64,000 nucleotides of DNA from NCBI RefSeq assembly GCF_963676685.1, contig NC_092344.1, positions 64,294,001-64,358,000 on the forward strand, read 5' to 3'. Source of the DNA: Mytilus edulis (taxonomy: Eukaryota). Positions 37,881-51,953 of the stretch are shown in pieces. Each line of letters opens with the position of its first letter. The stretch's first letter is position 1. The position numbers were made by a program, and so were the translations under genes. The notes under the pieces are model-generated. The model was given only the letters and a program-made list of their open reading frames with translations. It did no database searches and had not been told where the DNA came from.

Positions 37881-39171
37881 TTTTGATACATAAAAAAGAA
37901 AAAATGGGCATGAAAAATTGAGAAAAAAAGGAGTGGGTTATATTTCCTTAAAATATATCAATTAAAAGAGGAAGAAAAGAAAAAGAACAAATGAATACTT
38001 TTTGTCAAATTAGTTGAAATTTTTTCATAACTCAGACCGTTGTTTTATCTCTTGGTTTCAAATTTGTAATGTCGGGGCCTTTATAGCGGACTAAACGGCA
38101 TGTTTTTTTCTAATTGTACCACATATTCTTACTTCATAAGCTAGCCGCTCACAAAATTTAAAATTAAAAAGAAAACGAGTTATTTAAATGAAAGAAAAAG
38201 GAATGATGATAAAACTGAGAATTAAAATGAAGAATGTGCCAAAAAGACAATAACCCAAGCCAAATATGTACTAGTTTAGTAAAAATGAACCGTCTTAGAT
38301 GCATGACTGAAGTTGTCAGTGGCTTTGAACTAGCTGTCAGTAACTGCGAGTACTCTTAAATCTGTACTTACTGTTGTATTGCTGTTGGGATATATTCGAA
38401 CCCGACCAAGTCCAGTCTGTCTTTTTATTTTATGTATTTCAATTTTTATCAATCTGATGAGTTAAGACTAATTCAACATCTTTTAATATGTCATTCTTAT
38501 ACGGTCCCAGGTTAGCAATCACACAAGACTATAGCTAACAATGGCAAGAGGCTCCGGACTTGGGACAGGCGCAAAATTGAGACTGCTGTAACCATATTTT
38601 GACTGTTATTGATTATGTCTAATTTGTTCATGCATCGTTGCAAATATAACTGAATTTGATGCGATTGTCATACAAGTGAGAGGTTTAGCGCTATAAAACC
38701 AGGTTCAATCCACCATTTTCTACATGAGAAAATGCCTGTACCAAGTCAGGAATTTGACAGTTGTTATCCATTCGTTTGATGTGTTTGAGCGTTAGAATAT
38801 GCCATTTGATTAGGACTTGTATCTAGAAATTGACTATGAGGGTCGGTTGAAAACAAAAAATTACAATAAAAGAGATTTTACGGACGCCATCACGAGTTGG
38901 TTGGCCATTGTGGAATATCCGTTATACAGATGACATCGTAACACATGATTGCCCTTCTGTATTCTGTTAGTGTTGCATTCCTTTTTGTCATATAGTAGTT
39001 TTGTTATGAACTTGATCATTAGTTTAAAAAAAAACAGCAGCCACAGACTTGATCAGACTTAACTATGTGAATTCAGTTTTTGCTTTATCATGCACATTGG
39101 TCTTTTGAAGTTGTCCCTAGAAACTTAGGTCTTAGAATTTATGCATTTTGCTTTGAGACCAAACTATTGTC

Positions 39172-39615
39172 AAACAAGAATGTGTCCATAGTACACGGAT
39201 GCCCCACTCGCACTATAATTTTCCATGTTCAGTGGACCGTGAAATTGGGGTCAAAACTTTAATTTGGAATTAAAATTAGAAAGATCATATCATAGGGACA
39301 ATGTGTACTAAGTTTCAAGTAGTTGTGACTTTAACTTCATCAAAAACTACCTTGACCAAAAACTTTAACCTGAACTTCGCACTTTCCTTTTCTATGTTCA
39401 GTTGACCATGACATTGGGGTCAAAACTATAATTTGGCATTAAAATAAGAAAGATCATATCATGGGGAACATGTGTACTAAGTTTCAAGTGGATTGGACTT
39501 CAACTTCATCAAAAACTACCTTGACCAAAAACTTTAACCTGAAGTCGGACGAACGAATGGAGGCACAGACCAGAAAACATAAAGCCCCTCTACTATTGTA
39601 GGTGGGGCATAAAAA
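39172..39615 (-). mobile_element. HINE copy with a duplicated internal unit
   Basis: Same ends as 34279-34580, with the ~170-bp core present twice. Confidence 0.8.
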
Positions 39616-40378
39616 TTATTAAAACAAAACTTGGATTTTCAGATTATAAAAGGGTCTTCGGAACACCCAGAAAGCATGATTTTGCATCATTTGTTCTATA
39701 GCTTCTTGGGCCTTCAGTAGCTCTAAAACCCTTCAAAAAAAATTTGGCCTCGCTCCGCTCGGGACTAGTTACCATTTAAGTTTGATACTATGTATTTATG
39801 CAATACATGTATATGCAGTTGGGAATATAAAAGATTCATTGCTGCAGAGGATGATGATTAATTCTGATTAAATGCTACATAATGATTTGACTATTTAATA
39901 CATGTATTATTTATAAAAAAAACCAAATCATTTAAAAATTGTATGTTTTCGAATATCATAAATATAGTTGTGAAAATGAATAATCAATCCCTTGCTTTAA
40001 TCAAAATGAATAATCTTGCTTCAATAGTGCAGAAAATGAATAATCTGTCCTCTTAGTTTACGAAAAAAAAAACCGATCAAAAACAAATCCTCCTTTTTTC
40101 ACAGAATTATGTTTGATAATATTATTTGTAAAATTCATTGAATACATCCTGAATGAACCCCTGATCGTAGAGAAAGTGTTCCATGATGAAATTGACATTG
40201 CACAAACTATAACTATGTTACTATATTCAGAAATTAAACACGACTAGTTTGCAGTATAAAAACATTACACCCTCAAAGTTGCTCGGGGGTATTATTATAC
40301 TGTTACTTGTCTGAAAAAGACGACTTTTTGAAATTTTGTACTTGTTTAATAAATTTCAATACTGCTACATGTATCTAA

Positions 40379-41408
40379 AGGTGCATTTACACGGTACGAT
40401 TTTCCATCCGACTTTTTACCTGTGATGTCGTTTCGTCAAAAATCGCACCATGTAAACACTAAAATCGGATGTCGTTTTGTTAATCAAAAAGTCGTTTCAA
40501 AATCAGTTGGTACCCTATTTTCATCCGACAAATCGGTTCAAAATCACATCGTGTGAACGGAGAAACGACAAACCTGTACGATTTCCTGCAATTCTGGTAC
40601 TATGTAAGCAAAACACACAAAAAAAATACTCTCAAAGAAAAATAAATTTAGAAAATATTTGCCTACATCATGGAGTTTCGATCCCCCTTCCCCCTTTCTA
40701 AGTTAAACATACTTTCGATCGACACTATTGTTTAACATTTTTTAAGTATTTTCAAAATGTTTGATACTTATTTGATAAATATCTGTTCTTTTCTTCAGAA
40801 ATCCTCGTTTAACTATCATGTATATATATACATAGTAAATTTGCTGGTTGGTCTTTTTTATAGACTTTTATATATATATATATATATATATACACAACTC
40901 GTCTAAACATCAACCCAACAATGTTAGATCTGTAAATTTGCTTTCGCAAATTTTTGGTTCTTCCCTCGCCGGGATTCGAACCCATGCTACTGTGATATCG
41001 TGACACCAAATCGCCTGCACTGCAGCCGTCCCGCTAGACCACACGACCACCTGGGCTCTCAAATAAAGAACTTTCGCTGGCCGTGTGTTACCTTTCCACG
41101 TCAAGTTTTAATCTAGCGGCGTACTGCAGTACATGATATATAAGGCATGAAGATATATATATAGTCATTCTTGTATGATCTTGTATACATCATAACATTT
41201 TCGACCTTTTTGAACTCTTCACGAACTTTAATGATGGCTGATACCGACGTAAGAGAAGAAAATGAAGATGATTTGGGAAAAGATGTTCTTCTTATAGAAT
41301 TATACGAAGCAGAACCTGCACTATGGGATGTCCATAGTACAGCGTACAGGGACACATATGAGAGGAACAAATCTGTAGATCGCATTGATTCTATTATAAA
41401 AATAGGAG
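40379..41408 (+). mobile_element. Harbinger-type left end plus first exon (41231-41408) of a MADF/Myb-SANT protein
   Basis: TAA|aggtgcatttacacgg terminus. MADTDV..LLIELYEAEPALWDVHSTAYRDTYERNKS (MADF LI..Y...P.LWD..Y.D) ending G|gtatga. Confidence 0.75.
40893..41150 (-). mobile_element. tRNA-like SINE-like element flanked on both sides by (TA)n
   Basis: A-box-like gtggtctagcgg and B-box ggttcgaatccc on the minus strand. Second copy at 11171-11308. Confidence 0.8.
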
Positions 41409-42107
41409 GTATGAAGATATAAATCTTAATTTAAATTACTTTAATTAGATATTTTATTTAAAAGGCTGATTTGCAAGTACATAAATATATTTTTTTTTCG
41501 ATGACTCATATTATACTCAAAAGACCATAACATATCTTTTCACTGCGAAAAGCTCTATCTCCGACATCTATTTTGCTTGTGGCTTCTTGTGAAATATAAT
41601 GGATGCATGTGTGTATGGGGTATATCACGATAACAAATATCACTAAGTCGGAGATACAATATGCAGTATTGTATATGTGTATGACTATTATTTACATTCT
41701 TTGTTATTATCATTAAAGGTAGATAAGTCAGCTGTCATTCCATCTGAAAACCGAGGGGCTCTTAAATATGATTTAGGAACGTGAAATGCTCTGTTTAATG
41801 ACTCCACTAGGAATAAAACAATTTTCCAAGGCCAAATTGAGGTAGATAAGCCTTTGATATATTTTTACCTACAGACACACTATCCTAAATCGAGTTATGA
41901 CGAACTTTCAGAAAGCTCATGAACAATTAAAAAGCGAAATTCTGCATGTTTACATATATAAAGTTTAAATTTCATGTATTTCACTTTTGTTCAAAGTTTA
42001 TGAAAAAAGTAAAATAAAAAAAAATACTCAGAGGAAAATTCAAAACGGAAAGTTCCTAATCAAATGGCAAAATCAAAAGATCAAACACATCAAAGAAATG
42101 GATAATA

Positions 42108-42365
42108 TTGATTATCGCTATTTTGTGCATTTTTCCTTTTATCTTTTTCTGTGATAATTTTTTATATCATGCTACTCGCTTGAGATGGAAAATTATCGCT
42201 AGAAACTAAGCAGGCACGTGGCGTTGCTAACGAAATTGACAACGTCGTCATATGTTAAATATGTAAAATAGCAATAAACAGATTATCATTGGTCATCTCA
42301 ACTCGATTGCCGTCCCGGCTCAAGCGAGAAAATCATTCTCGTTGAGATGATCAACGATAATCTAA
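42108..42365. mobile_element. Short non-autonomous element ending in a long imperfect palindrome (possibly Crypton-derived)
   Basis: agattatcattggtcatctcaac...gttgagatgatcaacgataatct inverted arms at ~42280-42363. Confidence 0.5.
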
Positions 42366-42369
42366 TATT

Positions 42370-42775
42370 AGGCAGGCATTACCTGTGAAAGGAGACGAAG
42401 TCTGTATGATTTTTTTTTAATTCAAACATCTTAATTTCAAAACGGAAATACCGTAACGTTTCCGATTAAGGTTCTGTCGTTAGGAATTTTAGTTGTGACG
42501 TTATTTAAGTTATGACGTCATATGCAATGTAAACAAAGAAACGCTATCATAAGGTAACGTTTTTCATATCAAGGAATTATTAAAAATGAAATTGATATTG
42601 CGTTCCTTCCTTTTTTATACTAGACTGATATGTATATATTTTACTCAAAATTTAATGCAAACGAGACCGGAAAAGGGAAGTACATTGTAGATTTCTGCGC
42701 CGATGCGGGAATTCAAAACATGACATAAAAAAGTTTGAACGATTTTGAGTTCATAAGTTCAAAGAAAATTTTCCC

Positions 42776-42806
<31 letters not shown>

Positions 42807-42840
42807 ATTTTCTAGTGTTATTGGGGACTTCGTCCCCATA
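42370..42840 (-). mobile_element. Short Helentron/Helitron2-like element
   Basis: Minus-strand 5' palindrome tggggac-gaa-gtcccca. Asymmetric 3' inverted copy gacttcgtctcc followed by the caggtaatgcctg hairpin. Confidence 0.7.
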
Positions 42841-42845
42841 ATATG

Positions 42846-45800
42846 AGGCAGGCATAACCTGTGAATGGGGACGAAGTCTGTATGTATTATTTTCTTACCT
42901 CAAACATGTTAATAAAGGAAACGGAAATACCGTAACGTTCCCGATTTCGGTTCTGTGGTTAGGGATTTAGCTGTGACGTTGTTTAAATTATGACGTCATA
43001 TATAATGTAAACAAAAGAAACGCTTCCATCAGGTAACGTTTTTTTCAAATCAAACAATTATTATAAATGGACTTGTATTGAGTTCCAATCTTATATTCAG
43101 TTGGAAGGCAAACGCCTGAATCTGACAGATAGAGGTCAATTTGTCGACAAAAAAAGAACCCGTATGTAAAATGTTTACGCCCACAAACAACGCCACCTAT
43201 ATTTTTTTCTACGGCATCTTTGAGAACGATGTCCCATTCTGTAGTAAATTAAAACATTAAATTAACTAAAACATAGAAAAGTAATTGTAAAACACAAATT
43301 AAAAGATATATTTGCAGATGACTGTTTATGCATGATACGCTGGCAATGTGCGCAATGTCCTTTAATCCAAGACTGAAAATTAGTTTGTTTCCTACGTCAA
43401 GATGGCGGATTTCAATGTTTACATTTTTTCACCTATTTATAATCTGACACAAATTCGTATCCAATCATTTATTAGCAATTTTATTATTGATCTTTAAATA
43501 TCATCCAATTACATTTGCCGTTAGAAAGTGGCTACACGTTACCAGCCGTCGTTACAAAGTAGCCATGTGTTTTGTGGGGATACCTTGGGAATGTTGTGTA
43601 TTCAAAAGTTACGGTAAAAATCAATGTTATCTTCCTTATATTTCCATGCATACACATTTTATAACAGTAAATCCATTCTTAACAGACCCCATAAGGTAAA
43701 CGGACATATTTAACTGTCTGATTGAGCAACAATTCGTGTAAATAAGCCTGATGGGTCGTTTTGAATTCAAGCACAGCAGACAAACACGTGGTAGATTGTT
43801 TATGTTTGACAGTTTGTTTACCTGAATTACACGTTGATGTTACTATATACTTACCAATAACCTTTATCGTGTTATACTTTCAAGAGTAATATAATAAATC
43901 TTACTCAAGAAATACGTCTAGTAGGCGCAGGGACTTCCTTTTCTTTGTCCTTAACTAATGAGAGTGTAATGATACATTACAGCATTTTTTTGCATTTGAT
44001 ATATTTCATGTACATGTACATTTTATGTACACAAAGAACAATAAAGTAAAAGAACGTACATGGGTTTAATTCCCACCCTAGGTATACGTTTTGATTCTCA
44101 TAACAGGTTGGAACAAATAGAGCAGATAGCAATTGACAATAATGTAATGCTAAAATGCTGATTGATGGGGTCAAATCATCAACATCATTTTTTCTAGTAT
44201 ACATCAACTCCCCTAAGGATAAGTCATACTTTACTAAGAGTCCAGTGGCTAAGTCCTGTCTTTTTTGCTTCTGATATTTACTTATTTATATTTTAATTTC
44301 TAATATTCTCTTGTGCATGTAGTAAGGCAAAAGCTATTGTTACTCTTATTTTCCTCATTTGCCTTAAAACAATGGAATGTATTGATTGTTGATGTATGTA
44401 AAGTGACTTGTAATTTAACTGTCACTGCTAAAAGAGACTTGGACTCTGATGATAAGTGTCCAGACTGTTATCTCATTGGCAACTATATCATAAATGTCAG
44501 TTTCCCCTTTATAAGTTAAATTTTTTAAGAAAAGAATTTAATAATAATATAATAACAAGTTGTAAAAAATTTGAAAAGTTCAGCACAAGGGCCAAATCTT
44601 ATTGGCTTTTCATTCAAGAAAACCTAGAGGCATTGAAAAGTGTTGCAATTTAAAATAAATGGTTTGAACTCAGAAAACTATCAATATATAGAGTACAGAT
44701 ATTGTTTTAATTGGGCCTTTGGGAATATTTGCCAGTTAATTGAAGATATAATTGTTATATGCCTTTTCAAATACATGTGTGGCTCTGCACTGGCTGTGGT
44801 TAAAAATCTAAGAATGAAGTTGGTTATCTTCATATTTATCTGATTAATATCAACATAATTGTTCCATTATATATACATATATATAAATCATTGTAATACA
44901 TGTACATTACTTTGCTCTTCATATGCCCTATAACAGTGTTTAATTGGAATAAAGTATCTTGTCTTAACCACATTTCTTTATTTTAGTATTGACAGGTTAA
45001 CTTTTAAAAGCATTTAAAGTCAGTGAGTTGATGACAAGCTCAGTCAATGATTGTAAATCCAGATAATATGAGTTTTTTTATAAAAATAAATAATGTGATT
45101 AAACTGGTTATCTCAATTAAAAGAACTGACATTCTGCTTTGATACTATGAGATTATTTCAGATATATCAGAATAATAAATTTCCCATTGTTGTCCTTTTT
45201 CAATAAAATTCTAAACATACTGTTTTTAAGTCAGTTTTGTTTTTGTCTGAGACTACTATAACATGGGAGGTGACCACAATCTCTATGTTATACATTGAAG
45301 TATAGTCTCAGGTTTTTGTAGTCCAATTGACTGCATTTTAGAGCAGGTAAATGTGAATTTGGATTAAATTTAAAGTCATTCAGTATATCTAATGACATCA
45401 TACCACTATTTTATTTCATCAAAGCATTTTCAAATTTTATTTACTGGTCAGCTTAGGTTATCATCCAATCAATAATTTAATTGAAAGGACTTACAGTTGG
45501 TTAGTTGGTTGCAGGACTTTTGAATTCAAATATAAGAAAGAAGAAAAAATATAAAGCAAAACTTCAAATATTACATATAATAGGATTTATGATAACTGCA
45601 GGATAGCAGATTGCAATGCTGCTTTTGTTCAGTTATCTTTGTGTTGATTATTATGTTTTAAATCCCTTTCTGGGTCTTTGAATTTGATTTGAATGTTCAG
45701 ATTTTTTTCTCTTGTCAGATTAAGACAAGCAACAGAACTTGTACAACTTATGTAGTTTCTTATCTCAGGGTGAATCCAGAAAATTTAAAACTTAAGTGGT

Positions 45801-47107
45801 GGTATTCTCAACCATAATAACAAAGATAAAAAGGTGGTTCCAACTATATGCATGATCCCATTCAAATACATTAATCTTCCATAAAGATGAGGTTCCAATC
45901 ACCAGACTCCCTGAGATCTGCAACTGTATCTTAAAGCAGCTATAATAAAACAAAAATTGTACATGTACTTCTGGCCACTGCAGATTGATTTTATTTTCAA
46001 TCTATGGTATTAAATGCTCATAATTTTGAAGACTATTTCCCTTTTTCCATATTTTTGTTTAAATGTAATCTTCTGCTTCTGCATCTATTGTAACACAGGT
46101 TCTTCTGACAAATGACTGATAAACCCATCTTGTATCCTTCTATCTACCAAAAGGGTGTTTGAGAATATATATATACAATAAGTTCAAGTATTTTGTCAAG
46201 AAAAAGTCAGTCTGTTATAAAATGTAGGTAATTGTCTTCTATGGAAGTGTTCAAAAACCTGTAAGAACTTGAAAAAAAATGTCATATTCAACCTTTCCAT
46301 GGCTATTTTAATGTTACAACAGTAGAGGAACATAGAATATTGAAAGGTATTCAAGAACTCGTCGAAATAGATCTGCAATCATTAATTTTACTCAAATTTA
46401 CTGTTGTGAACTTGCAATATCATACGATGCGCGTACCGAGTTATCTCCCTTTGATCTCCGCTTCGCCACGAATAAACTGACACAATTGCGTATCCGGGGT
46501 TTTTGTGATCTGATATTGAAATAGTAGGAGCAAAAAATGGTTTTACTTCATATTTTATACCCCTTAACACGTTACCAAACCTATTTAAGGATTTATTACG
46601 GATTTTCCGTGGACCTACGCAAATTTTCAGAAAAAAAGTTTCACTTCACTCGTGAATTTATAACATTTTAACAATACTTTTTTATTATAATTATATAAAA
46701 TAAGAAAGCTTATTCAATCTAGAATTGAACACTTTGGTTTTTATTAATGTACGAGTTCAAATAAGACGATACGAGTCTAAAAACCACGAGGCATGCACGT
46801 TTTAAAAAAAATCGTAAACTCTGACCTTTTATCACGTGACCAATGTCTTGAACTTAGAAGCCATTAAATCGTTTGCCGTTCAACTGTATTTTACAAGACT
46901 GATACATATAATTTCCTTTTTAAAGTCTCTTGCAAACAAGACAGATTTCTGCGCAAATGCGAGGAAAACCAGAACAGGAACTAGATCTGAAAAAAAAAGT
47001 TAACGATTTTGAGTTCATTAGTAGAATGAAAAATTCGGTAAACTTTCCCCGATTTTTTTTTTTTTATTATTGATTTTTCTACCGTAATTGGGGACTTCGT
47101 CCCCATA
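42846..47107 (-). mobile_element. Long (~4.26 kb) Helentron/Helitron2-like element with the same two ends
   Basis: 42846-43085 resembles 42370-42605, and 46895-47107 resembles 42620-42840. No Rep/helicase ORF recognised inside. Confidence 0.65.
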
Positions 47108-47759
47108 TAATTCTTGGTAAATATTTCATAAATATTCAGGATGATCTCACATTTAAAGTATGGATAGTTAAGCATCAATCTGATTATTACCATAAAGGGC
47201 CATCACACAACTGTGTGGGAGTACTACATTTATTTTGTGTTTAAGGACATACATACAAACTATACATTCCTTTCAAGATAGCCATTCATAACCTTAAATG
47301 ATTGTTTTTTTAAATTAAACATAACACGTTTTTTCCATTTCCTATTAGAACAGAGGCTATTTATGGCAAATTTCGATGTTAACCTGAGATGGCCCTTATT
47401 ATTTTTTGTTGTTGCGAATTTGCGAAAACCGGATTCGGCTGCTCTCGTGATAAAAAATAAATAAATGTGTAAACCATCGCAATATCTCCACTAAATGAAA
47501 AGCTGTCAAAATATTTTGTTTTAATTTTCGTTTCAACATAAATAAAAGGTCCGGTAGAGTTATGGTTTGGTTAGTCATAACTATTGTCAGTAACGTCGTT
47601 TTCTATTACGAAAATCGTCGAATGATTTGTCAGTTTGATTCGTTATCCAATTGTGACGTTGACGTCGGTAGCTACGACGCCCAGTTACGAAATATTTTTG
47701 TCCCAACTCGGTAGTGCAAATTATTCTAATATTAGAAAGCCAAAAAAACAGGCAAATTA

Positions 47760-49030
47760 TTTTGTTGACGTATTCAGCAGTTAAAACATCATACTCATTT
47801 TGACAAAAGCCAGTAACAGCTCCCTTCCAATCTATTTTGATAATAATAGTAGCCATCTTATTCTTAAAATTTGGAATAATCTTCTGGAGAGAAAGGCACT
47901 TCTTATTTCAGACATTGTGCAGTGTTATAAAGGTTTTGGGGGATCAGATCAGTTGAGAAATCAAAACCGTTTGTTATGTAACAAATTAAACACAATATTC
48001 GGTGATTCCATCAACTGCAAATATGACCGACATGCTACTATAATACTAATGAAAGGACTTAATATAATTTCCTGTTTTATTGACTCATTAGCTGAATTGA
48101 AGAAATTTAAAACTTGTACTTCACATGAAGAAAATACACTTCAAGAAAAAGTACAAAATGTTGATGATGATGCAAATGTTTGGAAAAAAATTAAAAATAC
48201 AAACATCTTTTGCAAATATTAAAAATAGTTTAAATAAAAATTTGTCAAATTTTAAATTTCACAATTTTATAGAGAACACTATTGATCCAATATTGTGGAA
48301 TTTCTTGTGTGCCTAAATAGGACAGGAAATAGAATTACAGCTTCCTTTAGAGTAGAATTCAATACGTGATGATTTTGTTCAGTTTTCTCATATTTCTCAT
48401 ATTTGTTGTTATTTAATCTGCAAATGTGTTTCAAAGCAGACATATGAGAGATACCAAACTCAAATTGTTGAATAAAGGAAATCCAATTCAAAAAATTCCT
48501 CAAAATGTCGGTTTGAAATAGCATCTGTAGATAATATCAACAAAAGATCATCTTATTCTGCTGTTTAGTCTACAGATGCCCGTCGTGGTTTTGATGGAAC
48601 CTCAATCCAGTTGGTTATTCCGAAACCTTCAATAGAATATTACCCGAGGAAAAGCAACAATATTTAAAAGGAGATATATATTTGTATGGTAAAGATGAAT
48701 ATCGTTCTATCAATTTATTTCAAGATAATGATTCAAAAGATATTTCCCTTTACAAATCAATTGCCATTTTAATGAATTATAGTTTACTTACATCGGAAAG
48801 AGATGATGGTATTTTCTCTTCTGTTATTGGGAAAAAAAAATGGAAAAGTGCCTAACAAATACAGATATGGATCAATCTCTGAAAGAAATATTATCAGATC
48901 CTAAGCTTATTACTTTTCTAAAATTTCAAAATTTTCTCCAGATGAGCACATTAACCATGAATTTTGTCTTTTTAATACCAGAAGAGAGGCAGATTTAGTA
49001 GATTTAGCTGCTGAATTATTTGCTTCAGTA
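47760..49030 (+). mobile_element. Academ-type transposase, N-terminal half (degenerate)
   Basis: ENTIDPILWNFLC; ASVDNINKRSSYSAV*STDARRGFDGTSIQLVIPKPS (DN.D...GTS.Q first catalytic block, ~48521-48630). Confidence 0.6.
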
Positions 49031-49099
49031 TGTTGTATTTATATATTATATATAAAATAAACACAAACAATCCCTTAAACCAAAATAATTCTAATACGA

Positions 49100-49670
49100 T
49101 TTGAATATTAGGGAATACGTTGATATGATTGGTCGATAGGACTTCCGGTAGTTGATCTTGGCGTTGGTTATTTTTCGACAGACGACGTTTACCAATGTAG
49201 ACAAGATGGCGGCGATAATAACACCTACGTTAACAATTTATTTTCGCTGCACGGTAATCGTTAAATTACATAATAAACACAAAATCATTCGTTTGAATGA
49301 TTATAAGAGTTTTTGCAGTTATTTTTTATTAGATAGCAAATTTTATTGAGTACATATTTTTGTGTTAACCAACAAATATATTCATACGCCAAGCATATTC
49401 AATGACATAAATATACAGTTTACTTGGATAGAGGTAACGAGTGTGGAAAAACATATTCCTTATCTCCAATTTTAAAGAATTATAAGGATTAAACGCCTTT
49501 TTAAAGGAATTTTTTGGTGTTTAAACTGGACCAAGTCACTAACAAACATATCTTAAAAGTCCTTTATTTGTTTGTGAGTGATCTTCGAACTTTTATTTCT
49601 TTATGAGTGACTTGGTCGAGTTTATACTCGAATAAATTCCTTTAAAAAGACGTTTAATCCTACAATCACT
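49100..49670. mobile_element. Non-autonomous element with a ~180-bp hairpin (possibly Crypton-derived)
   Basis: ggattaaacgcctttttaaaggaattt..gaccaagtcact / agtgacttggtc..aaattcctttaaaaagacgtttaatcc at ~49486-49660. Confidence 0.55.
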
Positions 49671-50718
49671 TACTCCATAAGGATGTTCGCTACTCATTAT
49701 TTTGACACAGTTTACGCGCCGTATTTGCGAACGAATGCCTTAATATGCTTTTTACTTTTCATAACATTTAATAAAATGTATTTCTCTCAAAGTTATCAAA
49801 TATTTTATCTAACCTTATTTTTAGTGACAGTTTGACTTCAAAACAATTTTGAATGTCAACATAATCCAGAATCTACGACAATAATATTTACGCGGCATTT
49901 CCGGCAACTGTTTACATTGACAAAAGACGACATCAAAACACTCGTCAACAGATCATTTACCAGTATATTACGACACTTTTTAACCATTTTATGTCAAACT
50001 TTTATATGTAATTTGATTTTGCCATGTGTTTAGGGACTTTCCGATTTGATTTTCCTCTGAGTTCAGTATTTTTGTGATTTTACTTTTTATATGTAATTTA
50101 CTTTTAACATACACCGTAGCTTTTATTATAAGATCTTTTCAATTGGGGAGGTTTAGACAGGGATTTCTGTCTTGTAAACAGAAACAGAAAATCGAGTCAA
50201 TTAGAGAGGTTCAGAACATCAGACAAACGGCTCGCACAGTATTATTGGATCATTCATATTCAACTTTATATACATCATCATCATTTAAACAACCAGACTT
50301 CAAATTTTATACATGAGGAATTCGTAGGTGAAAGCAATGCAAATTTAACATCAGACGATAGTTGGAGACATGGAAGAAGGGTAGTAGAGCTGGTTTTTGC
50401 TAAACGGCGGTAACGGAATACGGAACGGAAACAGAAAAACTAACATCTTTTTTTGGGGGGGTATTTTATCTACATAGACATGCTTTATATAGTATAACAC
50501 CTGTTTACAAGATAGCAAAACAGACGATTAAATTTAAAATAAAAGATTTTAAAGAACAAATTGAAAGTATTGAAATAATTAGATTTGTTTTGAAATATTT
50601 GATAAGGTCTTGCGTACGTCGTTAATGCGAATCAGTATACTCTGTTCGACTTTTCTTCTTAAATTGGATAAATGTCAATAAGACATATAAACGCATTACA
50701 TCTCCTGGAATTTAAAAT

Positions 50719-51842
50719 CAACTAGAGTCTCTCAAGAGCCTGTGTCCCTCACCTTGGTCTATGTGCATATTAAACAATGGACAGAGATAAATTCGTGACA
50801 AAATTGTGTTTAGGTGATGATGGTGATGTGTTTTTAGATCTTTATTTACTGAACATTCTTGTTGTTACAATTATCTCTATCTATAATGAACTTGGCCAAA
50901 TATTTAGTGGAAAATATTTTCTAAAAATTTACTATAAAGGGCAAAAACTCCTCAAGGGGTTTACTGACCATTTTGTTCATGTTGACTTATTAGTAGATCT
51001 TACTTTGCTGAACATTATTGCTGTTTACAGTTTATCTCTGTCTATAATAATATTCAAGATAATAACCAAAATCGGAGAAATTTCCTTAAAATTACTTATT
51101 TGGGGTCAGCAAGCCAACAACGGGTTGTCGGATTTGTCTGAAAAATTCAGGGAAGATAGCTCTTGACCTGATAAACAGTTTTACCTCACGTCAGATTTGC
51201 TCTAAATGCTTGGTCACCCCAAACATTTTTTAAACTAGATACCCCAATGATGATTATGGCCAAGTTTGGTTAAATTTGGCCAAGTAGTTTCAGAGGAGAA
51301 GATTTTTGTAAAAGAATACTAAAATTTTTGAAAAATGATTAAAAATTGACTATAAAAGGCAATAACTCCTTAAGGGGTCAACTGACCATTTTGGTCATGT
51401 TGACTTATTTGTAGATCTTACTTTGCTGAACATTATTGCTGTTAACAGGTTATCTCTATCTATAATAATATTCAAGATAATAGCCAAAAAACGGCAAAAT
51501 TTCCTTAAAATTGCCAATTCAGGGGCAGCAACCCAACAACCGGTTGTCCGATTCTTCTGCAAATCGTAGAGCAGATAGATTTTGCTCTGATAAAGAGTTA
51601 TGAGCCACCCACCATCTACATTTTACCCCTATGTTCTATTTTTAGCCATGACGGCCATCTTGGTTGGTTGGCCGGGTCACGCCACACATTTTTTAAACTA
51701 GAAACCCCAATGATGATTGTGGCCAAGTTTGGTTAAATTTGGCCCAGTAGTTTCAGAGAAGAAGATTTTTGTAAAAGTTAACGACGACGGACGCCAAGTG
51801 ATGGGAAAAGCTCACTTGGCCCTTCGGGCCAGGTGAACTTAT
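50719..51842 (-). mobile_element. HINE with large internal repeat units
   Basis: aactagag..ctcacct end; actataaagggca units at ~50931 and ~51349; acgacgacggacg tract; gctcacttggcccttcgggccaggtga hairpin. Homologous to 61830-62805. Confidence 0.8.
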
Positions 51843-51953
51843 AAAAACGTATTGATGTGAAACAAGTCAAAACGTCAAAACGGTCAAATATTTCTTATAT
51901 GAGTTATAATGAATTGTAATATTTGCCATGTTTGCCTTTTATATTAAAATATA

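Noticed and set aside
40975-41057. Functional tRNA gene (Sec/Ser/Leu-like)
   Set aside because: A and B boxes are present, but I could not fold a convincing cloverleaf or acceptor stem, and the segment is part of a dispersed repeat.
42370-43085. Direct repeats as LTRs or KolobokP-type long terminal direct repeats
   Set aside because: No TG..CA ends, PBS or TTAA flanks. Asymmetric inverted repeats and hairpins fit Helentron-type ends better.
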